Shown here: piece by piece, positions 1-7,324 of the stretch
Position numbering within the stretch: the first letter of the stretch is position 1
How the letters are laid out: every line of letters begins with the position of its first letter
NCBI GenBank assembly: GCA_016700015.1
Contig: CP064995.1
Coordinates: 660,001 to 692,000 of the forward strand
Source of the DNA: Candidatus Saccharimonadota bacterium
GTDB taxonomy: Bacteria; Patescibacteriota; Saccharimonadia; Saccharimonadales; Saccharimonadaceae
DNA: 32,000 nucleotides
Reading direction: 5' to 3'
The notes under the pieces: model-generated
Database searches by the model: none
What the model saw: the letters and a program-made list of their open reading frames with translations, nothing else
What the model was told of the DNA's origin: nothing
Made by a program: the position numbers and the translations under genes

Positions 1-145
1 TTCGTTGCCACGTATAGGTATCTTGCGGTGCGGCCGCAGATACCATAGCCACCATCTGGTTTGCAATAACTAACCCGATAACAAATACCCGAACGGCTTG
101 ACCTATGCCCCTTCGAAGCACATGCTTATGTAGAAGTACACGCAT
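1..145 (-). CDS. partial CDS (N-terminus only, continues past window start): putative secreted/membrane protein
   Basis: ATG at 145 (minus) opens a frame that runs off the window edge: MRVLLHKHVLRRGIGQAVRVFVIGLVIANQMVAMVSAAAPQDTYTWQR. It has a basic N-terminus, a hydrophobic core and AAAP, which is signal-peptide-like. GGAGGG lies about 13 nt upstream. It is absent from the ORF track because it is truncated. Confidence 0.35.
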   Translation of the reverse strand, partial: MRVLLHKHVLRRGIGQAVRVFVIGLVIANQMVAMVSAAAPQDTYTWQR

Positions 146-212
146 ATGTGGTAATCACCCTCCATCTCCCTCTGTGTATCTTATATTTTTGTTCTTGGTG
201 GAATTGTGATTA

Positions 213-241
213 AGTATAGCATAAGAATTAACTGCGAACAA
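213..241 (-). promoter_or_regulatory. sigma70-like promoter candidate for the partial gene at 1..145
   Basis: Minus strand reads TTGTTC (241..236), a 17-nt spacer, then TATACT (218..213). Confidence 0.4.
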
Positions 242-410
242 ATCTGGCATTACATCGCAACAGTACTGGAGGTATGGGCGAGTCTTACAGTGTCAAACGT
301 ATTCTCCGTCGTCATAACTGCTTTGACTGTACGAGGAAAGATCAGAGCCATATAAAACAATCCGGGACACGCCCAGGAGACACTCGAGGCCCGGCATGAT
401 AGCCATATTT

Positions 411-1382
411 TCATTGTTCCCACGAGAAATTGGTATGCCCAAAGTGGCCATAGCGTGCTGTCTCTTCATACACCAGACGACGGAGATCGAGTGCAGTAAT
501 AATACCCCGCGGGCTAAGATCATAGCCTTCGACGACTTCTTGTACGCCGTCGATTGTCACCGTCGCTTCAAGTGGCTGATCATAACCTATGGCATACGCC
601 AGGTGACAAAACACTTCATGAGCACCACGTTTCTTCAGATAGTCACGTGCGATCTTGCGAGCCATATAGGCGGCACTACGATCGACCTTGCTCGGATCTT
701 TGCCACTAAAGCACCCACCCCCAATAGGTATGCTTGGGCCGTAGTTGTCGACAACCAATTTACGCCCAGTCAGACCGGCATCAGCATCAAATCCACCCTG
801 GTGCCAATCACCCGCAGGGTTGGCATGAATGACAAGGTTGTCGCTACAGGTAGCTCTTGTCTCACTCTGAGCCCAGGCTTCAACAGCCGCCTTCAGCTCA
901 TCATGTGGAGCGTTTTGAAAACTTGCAACCAAAGCAGTGATCTGACCATCTTTGAGTGTCACCTGTGTCTTGCCGTCAAACGGCCAGCGCTCATACAAAT
1001 ATTGGTTGAGGCTGCGACTGAGAACGACTTCAAGCGGCAACAATTCCTCTGTTTCACTACACGCATACCCCACCATGATACCTTGGTCGCCCGCACCGCC
1101 AGTATCAACGCCCTGTGCAATCTCTGGGCTTTGCTTTACTAAATGAACGGTCAGTTCGACACCACCAGCAATTCGCGTCACAATCGGCTCAATCTCTGGA
1201 TGTTCGGTGCTAGTGACTTCACCGGTAATAAATACTTTGCCATGTCCACCAACTGTTTCCACGGCCACGCGAGCGGTCGGATCTTTTGCTAGATAGGCAT
1301 CCAGTATTGCATCCGATATTTGATCACATAATTTATCTGGGTGCTTTGGTGAAACTGATTCAGCTGTTCGAAATCGACTCAT
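411..1382 (-). CDS. metK: S-adenosylmethionine synthetase, compact 323-aa form
   Basis: Translation carries MetK hallmarks: SESVSPKHPDKLCDQISDAILDA, GAGDQGIMVGYA, GLTGRKLVVDNYG, GGGCFSGKDPSKVDRSAAYMAR, ETARYGHFG. It is about 60 aa shorter than E. coli MetK through several internal deletions. Confidence 0.95.
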   Translation of the reverse strand: MSRFRTAESVSPKHPDKLCDQISDAILDAYLAKDPTARVAVETVGGHGKVFITGEVTSTEHPEIEPIVTRIAGGVELTVHLVKQSPEIAQGVDTGGAGDQGIMVGYACSETEELLPLEVVLSRSLNQYLYERWPFDGKTQVTLKDGQITALVASFQNAPHDELKAAVEAWAQSETRATCSDNLVIHANPAGDWHQGGFDADAGLTGRKLVVDNYGPSIPIGGGCFSGKDPSKVDRSAAYMARKIARDYLKKRGAHEVFCHLAYAIGYDQPLEATVTIDGVQEVVEGYDLSPRGIITALDLRRLVYEETARYGHFGHTNFSWEQ

Positions 1383-1416
1383 TGTCGTTACTTCTCCTTA
1401 TTTTTTATACGTTTGA

Positions 1417-1449
1417 AAACAAAAATCCGCCTGGCAAGCAGACGGATTT
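1417..1449 (-). terminator. intrinsic terminator, the expression platform of the SAM riboswitch
   Basis: Minus strand reads AAAUCCGUCUG-CUUGC-CAGGCGGAUUU (11 bp including one G-U) followed by UUGUUUUC. It lies between the aptamer and the metK start. Confidence 0.7.
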
Positions 1450-1461
1450 ATAAAACACTTC

Positions 1462-1575
1462 GCGTCATATCTTCCCCTTTTTGCTGGGCTGAATGAAAGC
1501 ACCTTGCTCCGTACGAGAAACTGGTTGCTAGCGGTTCATCGAGTCAGATCTCTCCCCGCTTCTTGATACTTCATA
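1462..1575 (-). promoter_or_regulatory. SAM-I (S-box) riboswitch aptamer
   Basis: Minus-strand RNA reads GUAUCAAGAAGCGGGGAGAGAUCUGACUCGAUGAACCGCUAGCAACC...GCAAGGUGCUUUCAUUCAGCCCAGCAAAAAGGGGAAGAUAU. It matches SAM-I consensus blocks (UAUCAAGAG, GAGGGA, AUGAA, GCAACC, AAGGUGC, AGAUA). P1 pairs GUAUC (1569..1565) with GAUAU (1471..1467). It sits in the 5' UTR of metK, the classic context. Confidence 0.75.
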
Positions 1576-1597
1576 AAACTGATAATGTACTGTGTCT

Positions 1598-1626
1598 ACT
1601 ATAGCCTTAGCGAAGCATTTTGGCAA
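1598..1626 (-). promoter_or_regulatory. promoter candidate for the riboswitch-metK transcript
   Basis: Minus strand reads TTGCCA (1626..1621), a 17-nt spacer, then TATAGT (1603..1598). It overlaps the 3' end of the rhodanese CDS. Confidence 0.45.
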
Positions 1627-1870
1627 CGTGATGTTCGTTGATACCGTTTGTTAAGTTGGTAAAACCGTGCGCCTTGAGCAGCTGTATGCACGTGTTTGAT
1701 CGCTGACCGCTGCGACAATAGAGAATGATCGGTTGATCCTTGCTGACATCAACCAATTGTGGCGGCAGCGTACCACGCATGAATTGCATAGTCGATATAT
1801 TGATCGCTCCAGGTACATGACTTGAAGCAAATTCAGCTGGTTCTCGTGTGTCGATGACGATTGGTTTCAT
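1607..1870 (-). CDS. single-domain rhodanese-like sulfurtransferase
   Basis: 87 aa with IDTREPAEF..HVPGAINI and the active-site loop YCRSGQRS (Cys-X-X-G-X-R). Its start overlaps the upstream gene's stop (ATGA at 1867..1870). Confidence 0.85.
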   Translation of the reverse strand: MKPIVIDTREPAEFASSHVPGAINISTMQFMRGTLPPQLVDVSKDQPIILYCRSGQRSNTCIQLLKAHGFTNLTNGINEHHVAKMLR

Positions 1871-2694
1871 GATGTAAGTCCCACTATACGGTTATTTGCC
1901 CTCAGCCATCCATCAACACTGCCGCATTCCATATACTCACCATTAACTGTACCAACGATCACTTTTTTGCCACTATCAACATAACGGTTTATTACGTCAA
2001 TAATAAAATATTCCCCCGTTTTGGGATCGACTGGTATCGACTGAGATAGTTCAAAAATCTCTTTGTTGAATAAGTAGAAGCCCGAGTTATTCAGGTTGCT
2101 TGGTGCATCCTCGACAGATGGCTTTTCTACTATTCTCACATAGTTATCCTCGCCGTCTTTTTCGATAATACCAAATTTTGAAACGTCTTCAGGAGCAACT
2201 GGATTACCAAATAAGCCCACTTCTGCATTGCTATCAGACACAAGCCTTATGAGATCAGCCGCATTTGACCCACCATCCTCACGGTAGAAAAATTGGTCAC
2301 CGTTCATATAGAGCACATGCTCACTTGGATCAACGAATTCATTAACCATCGCTGCTGGGACGGCGGTACCGTATTTACCCGTACTCGGCTGCATAATAAA
2401 GTGTGTCTTTACATCCGTCATAGGCGCGACAAGCGACAACAGATCACTCCGCTGCTTACGGCGTAGATAGTCATTAAGGGGTATATTGGAACGATAGTAA
2501 CTCTGAAGCTGTGAACTCTGTTCGCCAACCACAAAATAGATATCTTTGATACCGGCGCTGACTATATCACGTACTACAAAATCAATGACTGGCCGTGTAC
2601 CGATCGGGAGCATACACTTTTCTATAGACTTAGTAATCGGCAACATCCTCGTACCCCATCCTGCCACCATGATAATCGCCTTCGTCACGTTCAT
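1867..2694 (-). CDS. sugar-1-phosphate nucleotidyltransferase, GalU-like (UTP--glucose-1-phosphate uridylyltransferase family)
   Basis: The N-terminal KAIIMVAGWGTRMLPITKSIEKCMLPIGTRP matches the GalU/nucleotidyltransferase signature G-x-G-T-R-x-L-P-x-T-K...K-x-M-L-P. The protein is 275 aa. Confidence 0.8.
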   Translation of the reverse strand: MNVTKAIIMVAGWGTRMLPITKSIEKCMLPIGTRPVIDFVVRDIVSAGIKDIYFVVGEQSSQLQSYYRSNIPLNDYLRRKQRSDLLSLVAPMTDVKTHFIMQPSTGKYGTAVPAAMVNEFVDPSEHVLYMNGDQFFYREDGGSNAADLIRLVSDSNAEVGLFGNPVAPEDVSKFGIIEKDGEDNYVRIVEKPSVEDAPSNLNNSGFYLFNKEIFELSQSIPVDPKTGEYFIIDVINRYVDSGKKVIVGTVNGEYMECGSVDGWLRANNRIVGLTS

Positions 2695-2717
2695 ATGTAT
2701 CTCTTTGCCTCCTTTTA

Positions 2718-5700
2718 TTATCGCACTGTCAGCGCGATCGTCAGTTTTGCTTTTTCCACGTTTACTTCAGTTTGATAACCTTCGGTAACTTCTGCAAATG
2801 CTACAGCGAGTGTTTCAGCCTGAATCGTATCTGCATGTTCGTCAATTGCCTTTTTTAACTCTTCATCGTCAGTCGCAAGATGTAGTATGATGCGATCATC
2901 GACGTTGAGTCCGGCATTTTTGCGGGCAGCCTGGACGTAGCGGATGACTTCACGCATCAGTCCTTCTCGCTTCAGTTCTGGGGTGAGTGTCTCGTCGATT
3001 TTCACCGCGTCGCCAGTTTTTACCTCTTTGACGTTCACCTCATCGGTGAGGATGCTGACGAAATCAACATGTTCGCCAAGTGACGGTACCGTCACACTTG
3101 AGAGTGGTTGGCGGACTTTCAGCCCAGCCTTAGCGCGCAAACTCAATGCTTCGTTGACGTAGCCGCGCACTGTCTCCATGTCGTTCATGACGAGCTCGTC
3201 GACACGACCGGCTGGCAGCCAATCTTTGAGGTGGATCGATTCGTCATCACCCGTCAAATTGTGATACAACTCCTCAGCCAGGAATGGTGTAAATGGCGCT
3301 AGTACATACGCAAGCCTCACCAGCACATAGTGCAATGTGCGGTACGCCATCGCCTTGTCGTCGTCATCTTCACTCTTCCAAAACCGCCGACGACTACGCC
3401 GCACAAACCAGTTACTCGCGTCGTCGATGAACGGTAAGATCGGGCTCATGGCATCAGGTAAATTGTAAGCGTCCATATGCTTCTCAACCTCAGCTACGAG
3501 CTGATGTAACCGACTAATAATCCATATATCCAACGGATTTTTTAACCCCTCTAACACCTCTCCACGACTATATAAAGGAGTCTCCTTTATACTCTTTATA
3601 TCCCATTGCCAGTCGTCGGCTTCGGCGTAGAGCGTGAAGAAGTCATACATATTCCAGATCATGCTGAGTTTGCGCGCCACGTCACCCACTTCTTTGTCCT
3701 GCAGTGCGAAATCTTCGCCGCTGAGAAGTGGGCTCGATAACAGTAGGTAGCGCAAAGAGTCAGCCGAAAACTTATCCATCAGCTCATTGGGGTCAGTGTA
3801 ATTGCCATAGCTCTTGCTCATCTTGCGGCCGTCGTTGCCCGCCACGTTGCCGGTCACGATAACATTTTTGAAAGCATGCGTACCAAATAGCGCTACGTTA
3901 ACCGCGTGGACATAGTAAAACCATGCGCGAACTTGACCGATGTATTCGACGATGAAATCACCCGGGAAATTTTCTTCAAATTTTTGCTTGTTTTCAAACG
4001 GATAGTGAAACTGTGCGAATGGCATACTGCCGCTCTCAAACCAACAATCAATCACCTTGTCGATGCGATGATACTCTTCGCCGTCAATGCTAAATGTCAC
4101 GTCGTCTATCCACGGTCGGTGATAATCCGCTAACTCAACACCCGATAATTCTTTGAGCTCAGCATAGCTACCGACAACTTTTACCTTGCCCGACTCGCTC
4201 TTCCAGACTGGCATAGCAGTCGCCCAGAAGCGGTCGCGGCTGAGGTTCCAATCTGGTGCTTGCTCGACCGTCTTAGCAAAGCGGCCATTTTTGACATGCG
4301 GCGGAAACCAGTTGATCGGACCGTTTTCCTCGAGCATCTGCTCGCGCTGGCAATCGATGTCCATAAACCAACTCGGGTGTGCGCGGTACATGAGCTTCGT
4401 GCCGCAGCGGTGACAATGCGGGTATGAGTGGCGAATATAATCAATCTTCCACACCACACCGCGCTCGTGCAGGTCTTTAGCAATCGTCTTGTTGGTCGCC
4501 CAGACGTTTTCGCCCGTCCAATCGCCTTCGGTGAAGAGCCCATTCTCATCGATAGTATGCACGATCGGTATACCGTTTTCTTTGGCGAGTACAAAGTCTT
4601 CTTCACCATAGGCCGGTGCGATATGAACAATCCCCGTACCGTCCTCGTGGCTGACATAGGGAGCCGACCAAACCTTGTGCGCATTCTCGCCGCGATCAAC
4701 AAACAGCGGCTCATACGATCGCCCGACAAGTTCTTTGCCTTTGAATTCTCGAATAATCGTATACTCAAGCGGGTGATGTTTTTCATCACGCATGACCTTG
4801 TCCAACAGTTCTTTCGCAAGTATCAAACGTTCCCCGCCCTGCTCAACTTCGACATAAGTCAGTTTCTCATTCACCGCCACAGCCGTATTTGCTGGCAATG
4901 TCCATGGCGTCGTCGTCCATGCGAGTAGGCATGGCTCATTGATCTTATCATCAACAATTTTGCCATCAACTAATTCTTTCACCCGCTTCTCAACTTCGAT
5001 AAAAGCAGATCGACTAGCCAATAGTCGGCTTTCCCGATCATCAACCATACCGGGATCCTTGATATCCCACCATATAACGTTCTCCCCAACCAACCAACCT
5101 GGCGTCTGCCAATGCTCTGCCATATTTACAATCAAGTCGTACCCTTTAATCATATCGGACGACAGTTTATTTCGAGGAGCATCAGAAATATCAATTCCAA
5201 GCTTTTCCAGAATTGTAAGTTTAGCCGTTGATTCATATGCCTTGCCCAGCTCTTCTGTCTTCTTTTTCTCAAGTTCGGCGATCGTTCCTTCACGAAATTC
5301 TTTTCCATAACCTGTTGCGACACCATCAGCATTTGCACTCTCTGTAAGCTGGTTATAGATGACTCGTGCCATTTGTGATCGTCCTATATTCTCACAGCAT
5401 ACGAATAAGACTCTTGAGTGTGGCGTTAACTGAATGTTTTTTTGTTGTGAGGCATCATCTTTTAACTTAAATTTCACATACACACTCGGGTCAGTCACGT
5501 CCTGATACGCCCCGGCATCCATGGTGACTTCTGCCTTACTGAGCGGAGTGGCATCAAGCGTGCAGTACATGAGCACCTTTTCGCCCTCGTAGATCTTGCC
5601 CTTGTCGTACAGTTCTTTGAATGCCCACCAGACTGATTCCATATAGTCTTTGTCCATGGTTTTGTAGGCGCCTTTGAAATCAACCCAGCGACCGATGCGA

Positions 5701-6107
5701 TCGACCACGTCTTCCCACTCACCACTCGTTTGGACCATATTGTTGCGGCAGGCGATGATGTATTTTTCAAGCCCATAATCAAAGACTTCTTCGCGACTGT
5801 TGATGCCGAGTTTTTTCTCGGTAAATCGCTCCGCTGGCAGGCCATGACAATCCCAGCCCCAAACTCGTTCGACCCGCTTGCCTTTCATGGTCTGATAGCG
5901 CGGTATCGCGTCCTTCACGATACTACTGAGTAGCGTGCCATGATGCGGATTGCCCGAAATGAACGGCGGCCCATCGTAAAAGACATAGCTGTTGTCTTTG
6001 CTGCGGTTCTCAACCGACTTTTCAAATGTCTTGTCGGCCTTCCACCGCTGCACCCAATCTTTTTCGTATTCGATCGCCTTGCGGCGGGTGTTTGCTTTAA
6101 ATTTCAT
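2718..6107 (-). CDS. ileS: isoleucyl-tRNA synthetase, type 2, carrying an inserted ~175-aa phosphatase-like domain
   Basis: HIGH-type motif PHHGTLLSS, KMSKS present, CP1 block TTTPWTLPAN, WDCHGLP, and a long type-2 C-terminal extension. The preferred start is the ATG at 6107 (MKFKANT...), with AAGGAG 5 nt upstream; the ORF-track start at 6131 has no such site. Confidence 0.95.
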   Translation of the reverse strand: MKFKANTRRKAIEYEKDWVQRWKADKTFEKSVENRSKDNSYVFYDGPPFISGNPHHGTLLSSIVKDAIPRYQTMKGKRVERVWGWDCHGLPAERFTEKKLGINSREEVFDYGLEKYIIACRNNMVQTSGEWEDVVDRIGRWVDFKGAYKTMDKDYMESVWWAFKELYDKGKIYEGEKVLMYCTLDATPLSKAEVTMDAGAYQDVTDPSVYVKFKLKDDASQQKNIQLTPHSRVLFVCCENIGRSQMARVIYNQLTESANADGVATGYGKEFREGTIAELEKKKTEELGKAYESTAKLTILEKLGIDISDAPRNKLSSDMIKGYDLIVNMAEHWQTPGWLVGENVIWWDIKDPGMVDDRESRLLASRSAFIEVEKRVKELVDGKIVDDKINEPCLLAWTTTPWTLPANTAVAVNEKLTYVEVEQGGERLILAKELLDKVMRDEKHHPLEYTIIREFKGKELVGRSYEPLFVDRGENAHKVWSAPYVSHEDGTGIVHIAPAYGEEDFVLAKENGIPIVHTIDENGLFTEGDWTGENVWATNKTIAKDLHERGVVWKIDYIRHSYPHCHRCGTKLMYRAHPSWFMDIDCQREQMLEENGPINWFPPHVKNGRFAKTVEQAPDWNLSRDRFWATAMPVWKSESGKVKVVGSYAELKELSGVELADYHRPWIDDVTFSIDGEEYHRIDKVIDCWFESGSMPFAQFHYPFENKQKFEENFPGDFIVEYIGQVRAWFYYVHAVNVALFGTHAFKNVIVTGNVAGNDGRKMSKSYGNYTDPNELMDKFSADSLRYLLLSSPLLSGEDFALQDKEVGDVARKLSMIWNMYDFFTLYAEADDWQWDIKSIKETPLYSRGEVLEGLKNPLDIWIISRLHQLVAEVEKHMDAYNLPDAMSPILPFIDDASNWFVRRSRRRFWKSEDDDDKAMAYRTLHYVLVRLAYVLAPFTPFLAEELYHNLTGDDESIHLKDWLPAGRVDELVMNDMETVRGYVNEALSLRAKAGLKVRQPLSSVTVPSLGEHVDFVSILTDEVNVKEVKTGDAVKIDETLTPELKREGLMREVIRYVQAARKNAGLNVDDRIILHLATDDEELKKAIDEHADTIQAETLAVAFAEVTEGYQTEVNVEKAKLTIALTVR
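4968..5417 (-). other. LMW-PTP / ArsC-fold domain encoded in-frame inside ileS
   Basis: The sequence reads SRVLFVCCENIGRSQMARV (C-X5-R-S P-loop, nt 5399..5376), ...ILEKLGIDISDAPRNKLSSDMIKGYDLIVNMAE..., ...NVIWWDIKDPG (DP general-acid motif) and SAFIEVEKRVKELV. All three canonical blocks of the family appear in the canonical order. Confidence 0.75.
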
Positions 6108-6486
6108 CTCTACTCCTTGCAATTGCATCACCCATGCTTATTGGTTCATCACTCACTTTATTCCTCTCGGTATTTGCCATGCCTTGCTCGTTGATATTAT
6201 TAAAGTAAACGCTGAATGACTTATTTGGATAAACTTGGTTCAATCCTGAGATGAAATTGTTAGCAATCGTTTGTTGATCTGGTCGTTTAACGGCTATGAT
6301 TTCTATAATATAATCTATACCAACCAAATCTAATCCCTCTATTAAGACGGTCTCAATCCCACCTGGGGTAGTAGGTGCGGTAGGAACATTAAGCGCCGCA
6401 GCCGCAATTAGTTTAATCGACCGAGCAATCTCCGAGCGAACCTCTATTTGTTTTTCGGGTAATGCGTATATTTTTAGTAGTGCCAT
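6097..6486 (-). CDS. hypothetical 129-aa protein; beta-alpha-beta x2 pattern reminiscent of the MIF/tautomerase superfamily but lacking Pro-1
   Basis: Start ATG at 6486 with GGAGA 4 nt upstream (the ORF-track start at 6546 lies inside the leader RNA). Its stop overlaps the ileS start by 11 nt. By eye, MALLKIYALP..(helix)..IETVLIEG...YIIEIIAVKR..(helix)..FSVYFNNINEQGMA resembles MIF-like proteins. The region is AT-rich: 23 G+C in the 60 nt 6241..6300. Confidence 0.6.
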   Translation of the reverse strand: MALLKIYALPEKQIEVRSEIARSIKLIAAAALNVPTAPTTPGGIETVLIEGLDLVGIDYIIEIIAVKRPDQQTIANNFISGLNQVYPNKSFSVYFNNINEQGMANTERNKVSDEPISMGDAIARSRDEI

Positions 6487-6680
6487 ACTGTCTCCAATTA
6501 AAAATCCCTTACTAGACACTGGAGCCGCTGGGAGCGGTGGTACCATCCAGTTTCTAAAAAGGGATTCTTTTTAGCACTTCGTTTGTTCGGTCTGTCGTGC
6601 CGATACCGGGAAGTTCTACTGGCCCAATGGTTTTCTTCTTCCTAACTTCGCAGCTGATACCTGCTCATCCACCAATGGAG
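6487..6680 (-). promoter_or_regulatory. T-box-like leader RNA, putative tRNA-Ile-responsive
   Basis: Minus-strand 6553..6534 reads AAACUGGAUGGUACCACCGC, against the T-box core AAnnnGGGUGGUACCGCG. It folds as an antiterminator-like element: CUGGA/UCCAG helix, UGGUACC(A) bulge, and CCGCU-CCC-AGCGG hairpin. Upstream, GAUGAG...CGAAG (K-turn-like) flanks the hairpin GCAG-GUAUCAG-CUGC, which holds AUC (6658..6656) followed by A. A second AUC lies at 6604..6602. The SD GGAGA (6495..6491) sits immediately 3' of the element. Confidence 0.6.
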
Positions 6681-6702
6681 GAATGTTATAGACCATAGTA
6701 TA

Positions 6703-7236
6703 TCACAATCGGGCTGAATAATGTTCCCTCAGCCGATCAAACACTTCTTGCGAATACGTGTCATGAGTCTCGGGGTCGTCATGGTCATAGAGTGTATTTG
6801 ACACACCGATAAGCTCTGCCTCTTCGAGTGCGGTATAGGTATGCATAACAAACGGCGGTATAAGCAAGGCCCTTGTGCGCTGGTCGAGAATTATTTTTCT
6901 GGAGCCGCCGTAGACGTCCTCCATAAAAAACTCGGCCCTACCCGAAGACAACGATATGACCTCTTGTTTGATACGGTGAAAATGCTTTCCACCTACTGTT
7001 CCCTCGACAATGCCCTTGGTGTGAAATGCTCGCAACCCCAGCTCAACTTTAGGTGCAAACTTCAGCTCATTGTCGTCGACGTGCAGCATTGTTTCGAGAA
7101 TCGCCTTGGGAAATGCCAGAATTACATGCATCTGGCCTCCAGACTTAGTCTGCCATGGTCCGAGATCCGACTCATAGATAATAATATCGTTGACCGTTGC
7201 CGGCCTGATGGGCGGAATTACCAATGGTGTGATCAT
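6703..7236 (-). CDS. cupin-fold protein, WxcM/FdtA-like (sugar 3,4-ketoisomerase-like domain)
   Basis: 177 aa. GGKHFHRIKQEVISLSSGRAEFFMEDV...LLIPPFVMHTYTALEEAELIGVSNTLYDHDD resembles the RGxHAH...Q...G...ip.g..h......l.v.as..yd..d pattern of WxcM-like domains. Confidence 0.55.
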   Translation of the reverse strand: MITPLVIPPIRPATVNDIIIYESDLGPWQTKSGGQMHVILAFPKAILETMLHVDDNELKFAPKVELGLRAFHTKGIVEGTVGGKHFHRIKQEVISLSSGRAEFFMEDVYGGSRKIILDQRTRALLIPPFVMHTYTALEEAELIGVSNTLYDHDDPETHDTYSQEVFDRLREHYSARL

Positions 7237-7271
7237 GCTGCTACATACTATACTATAGATTTTTCAAATGC

Positions 7272-7299
7272 AAAATGCGGTGATTGCTCACCGCATTTT
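7272..7299. terminator. intrinsic terminator (bidirectional hairpin) downstream of the DoxX gene
   Basis: AAAATGCGGTGA-TTGC-TCACCGCATTTT: a perfect 9-bp GC-rich stem flanked by an A-run and a T-run. Confidence 0.7.
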
Positions 7300-7324
7300 T
7301 GTATCCTTCCTTCAGTCTAGCCAA

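Noticed and set aside
362-396. Possible terminator after metK (CCGGG...CCCGG followed by AUUGUUUUAU on the minus strand)
   Set aside because: Only 5 bp pair around a 23-nt unpaired interior. That is too weak to call.
396-1142. 248-aa plus-strand ORF, plus 293..523 and 952..1146
   Set aside because: It lies entirely antisense to metK, whose translation carries unmistakable MetK motifs. The antisense products have no recognisable features, so these are shadow ORFs.
4181-4819. 212-aa minus-strand ORF, plus several 60-170-aa ORFs on both strands inside 2944..6219
   Set aside because: They are out of frame or antisense within ileS. The compositions are Arg/Ser/Cys-rich, as is typical of off-frame translation of a coding region.
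4929-5462. The ileS insert as an intein or a nested mobile gene
   Set aside because: There are no intein splice-junction features: no Cys/Ser/Thr at the insert's N-terminal junction paired with a terminal His-Asn + Cys/Ser/Thr, and no endonuclease motifs. There are no internal stops or flanking repeats. The sequence instead matches a phosphatase/ArsC fold.
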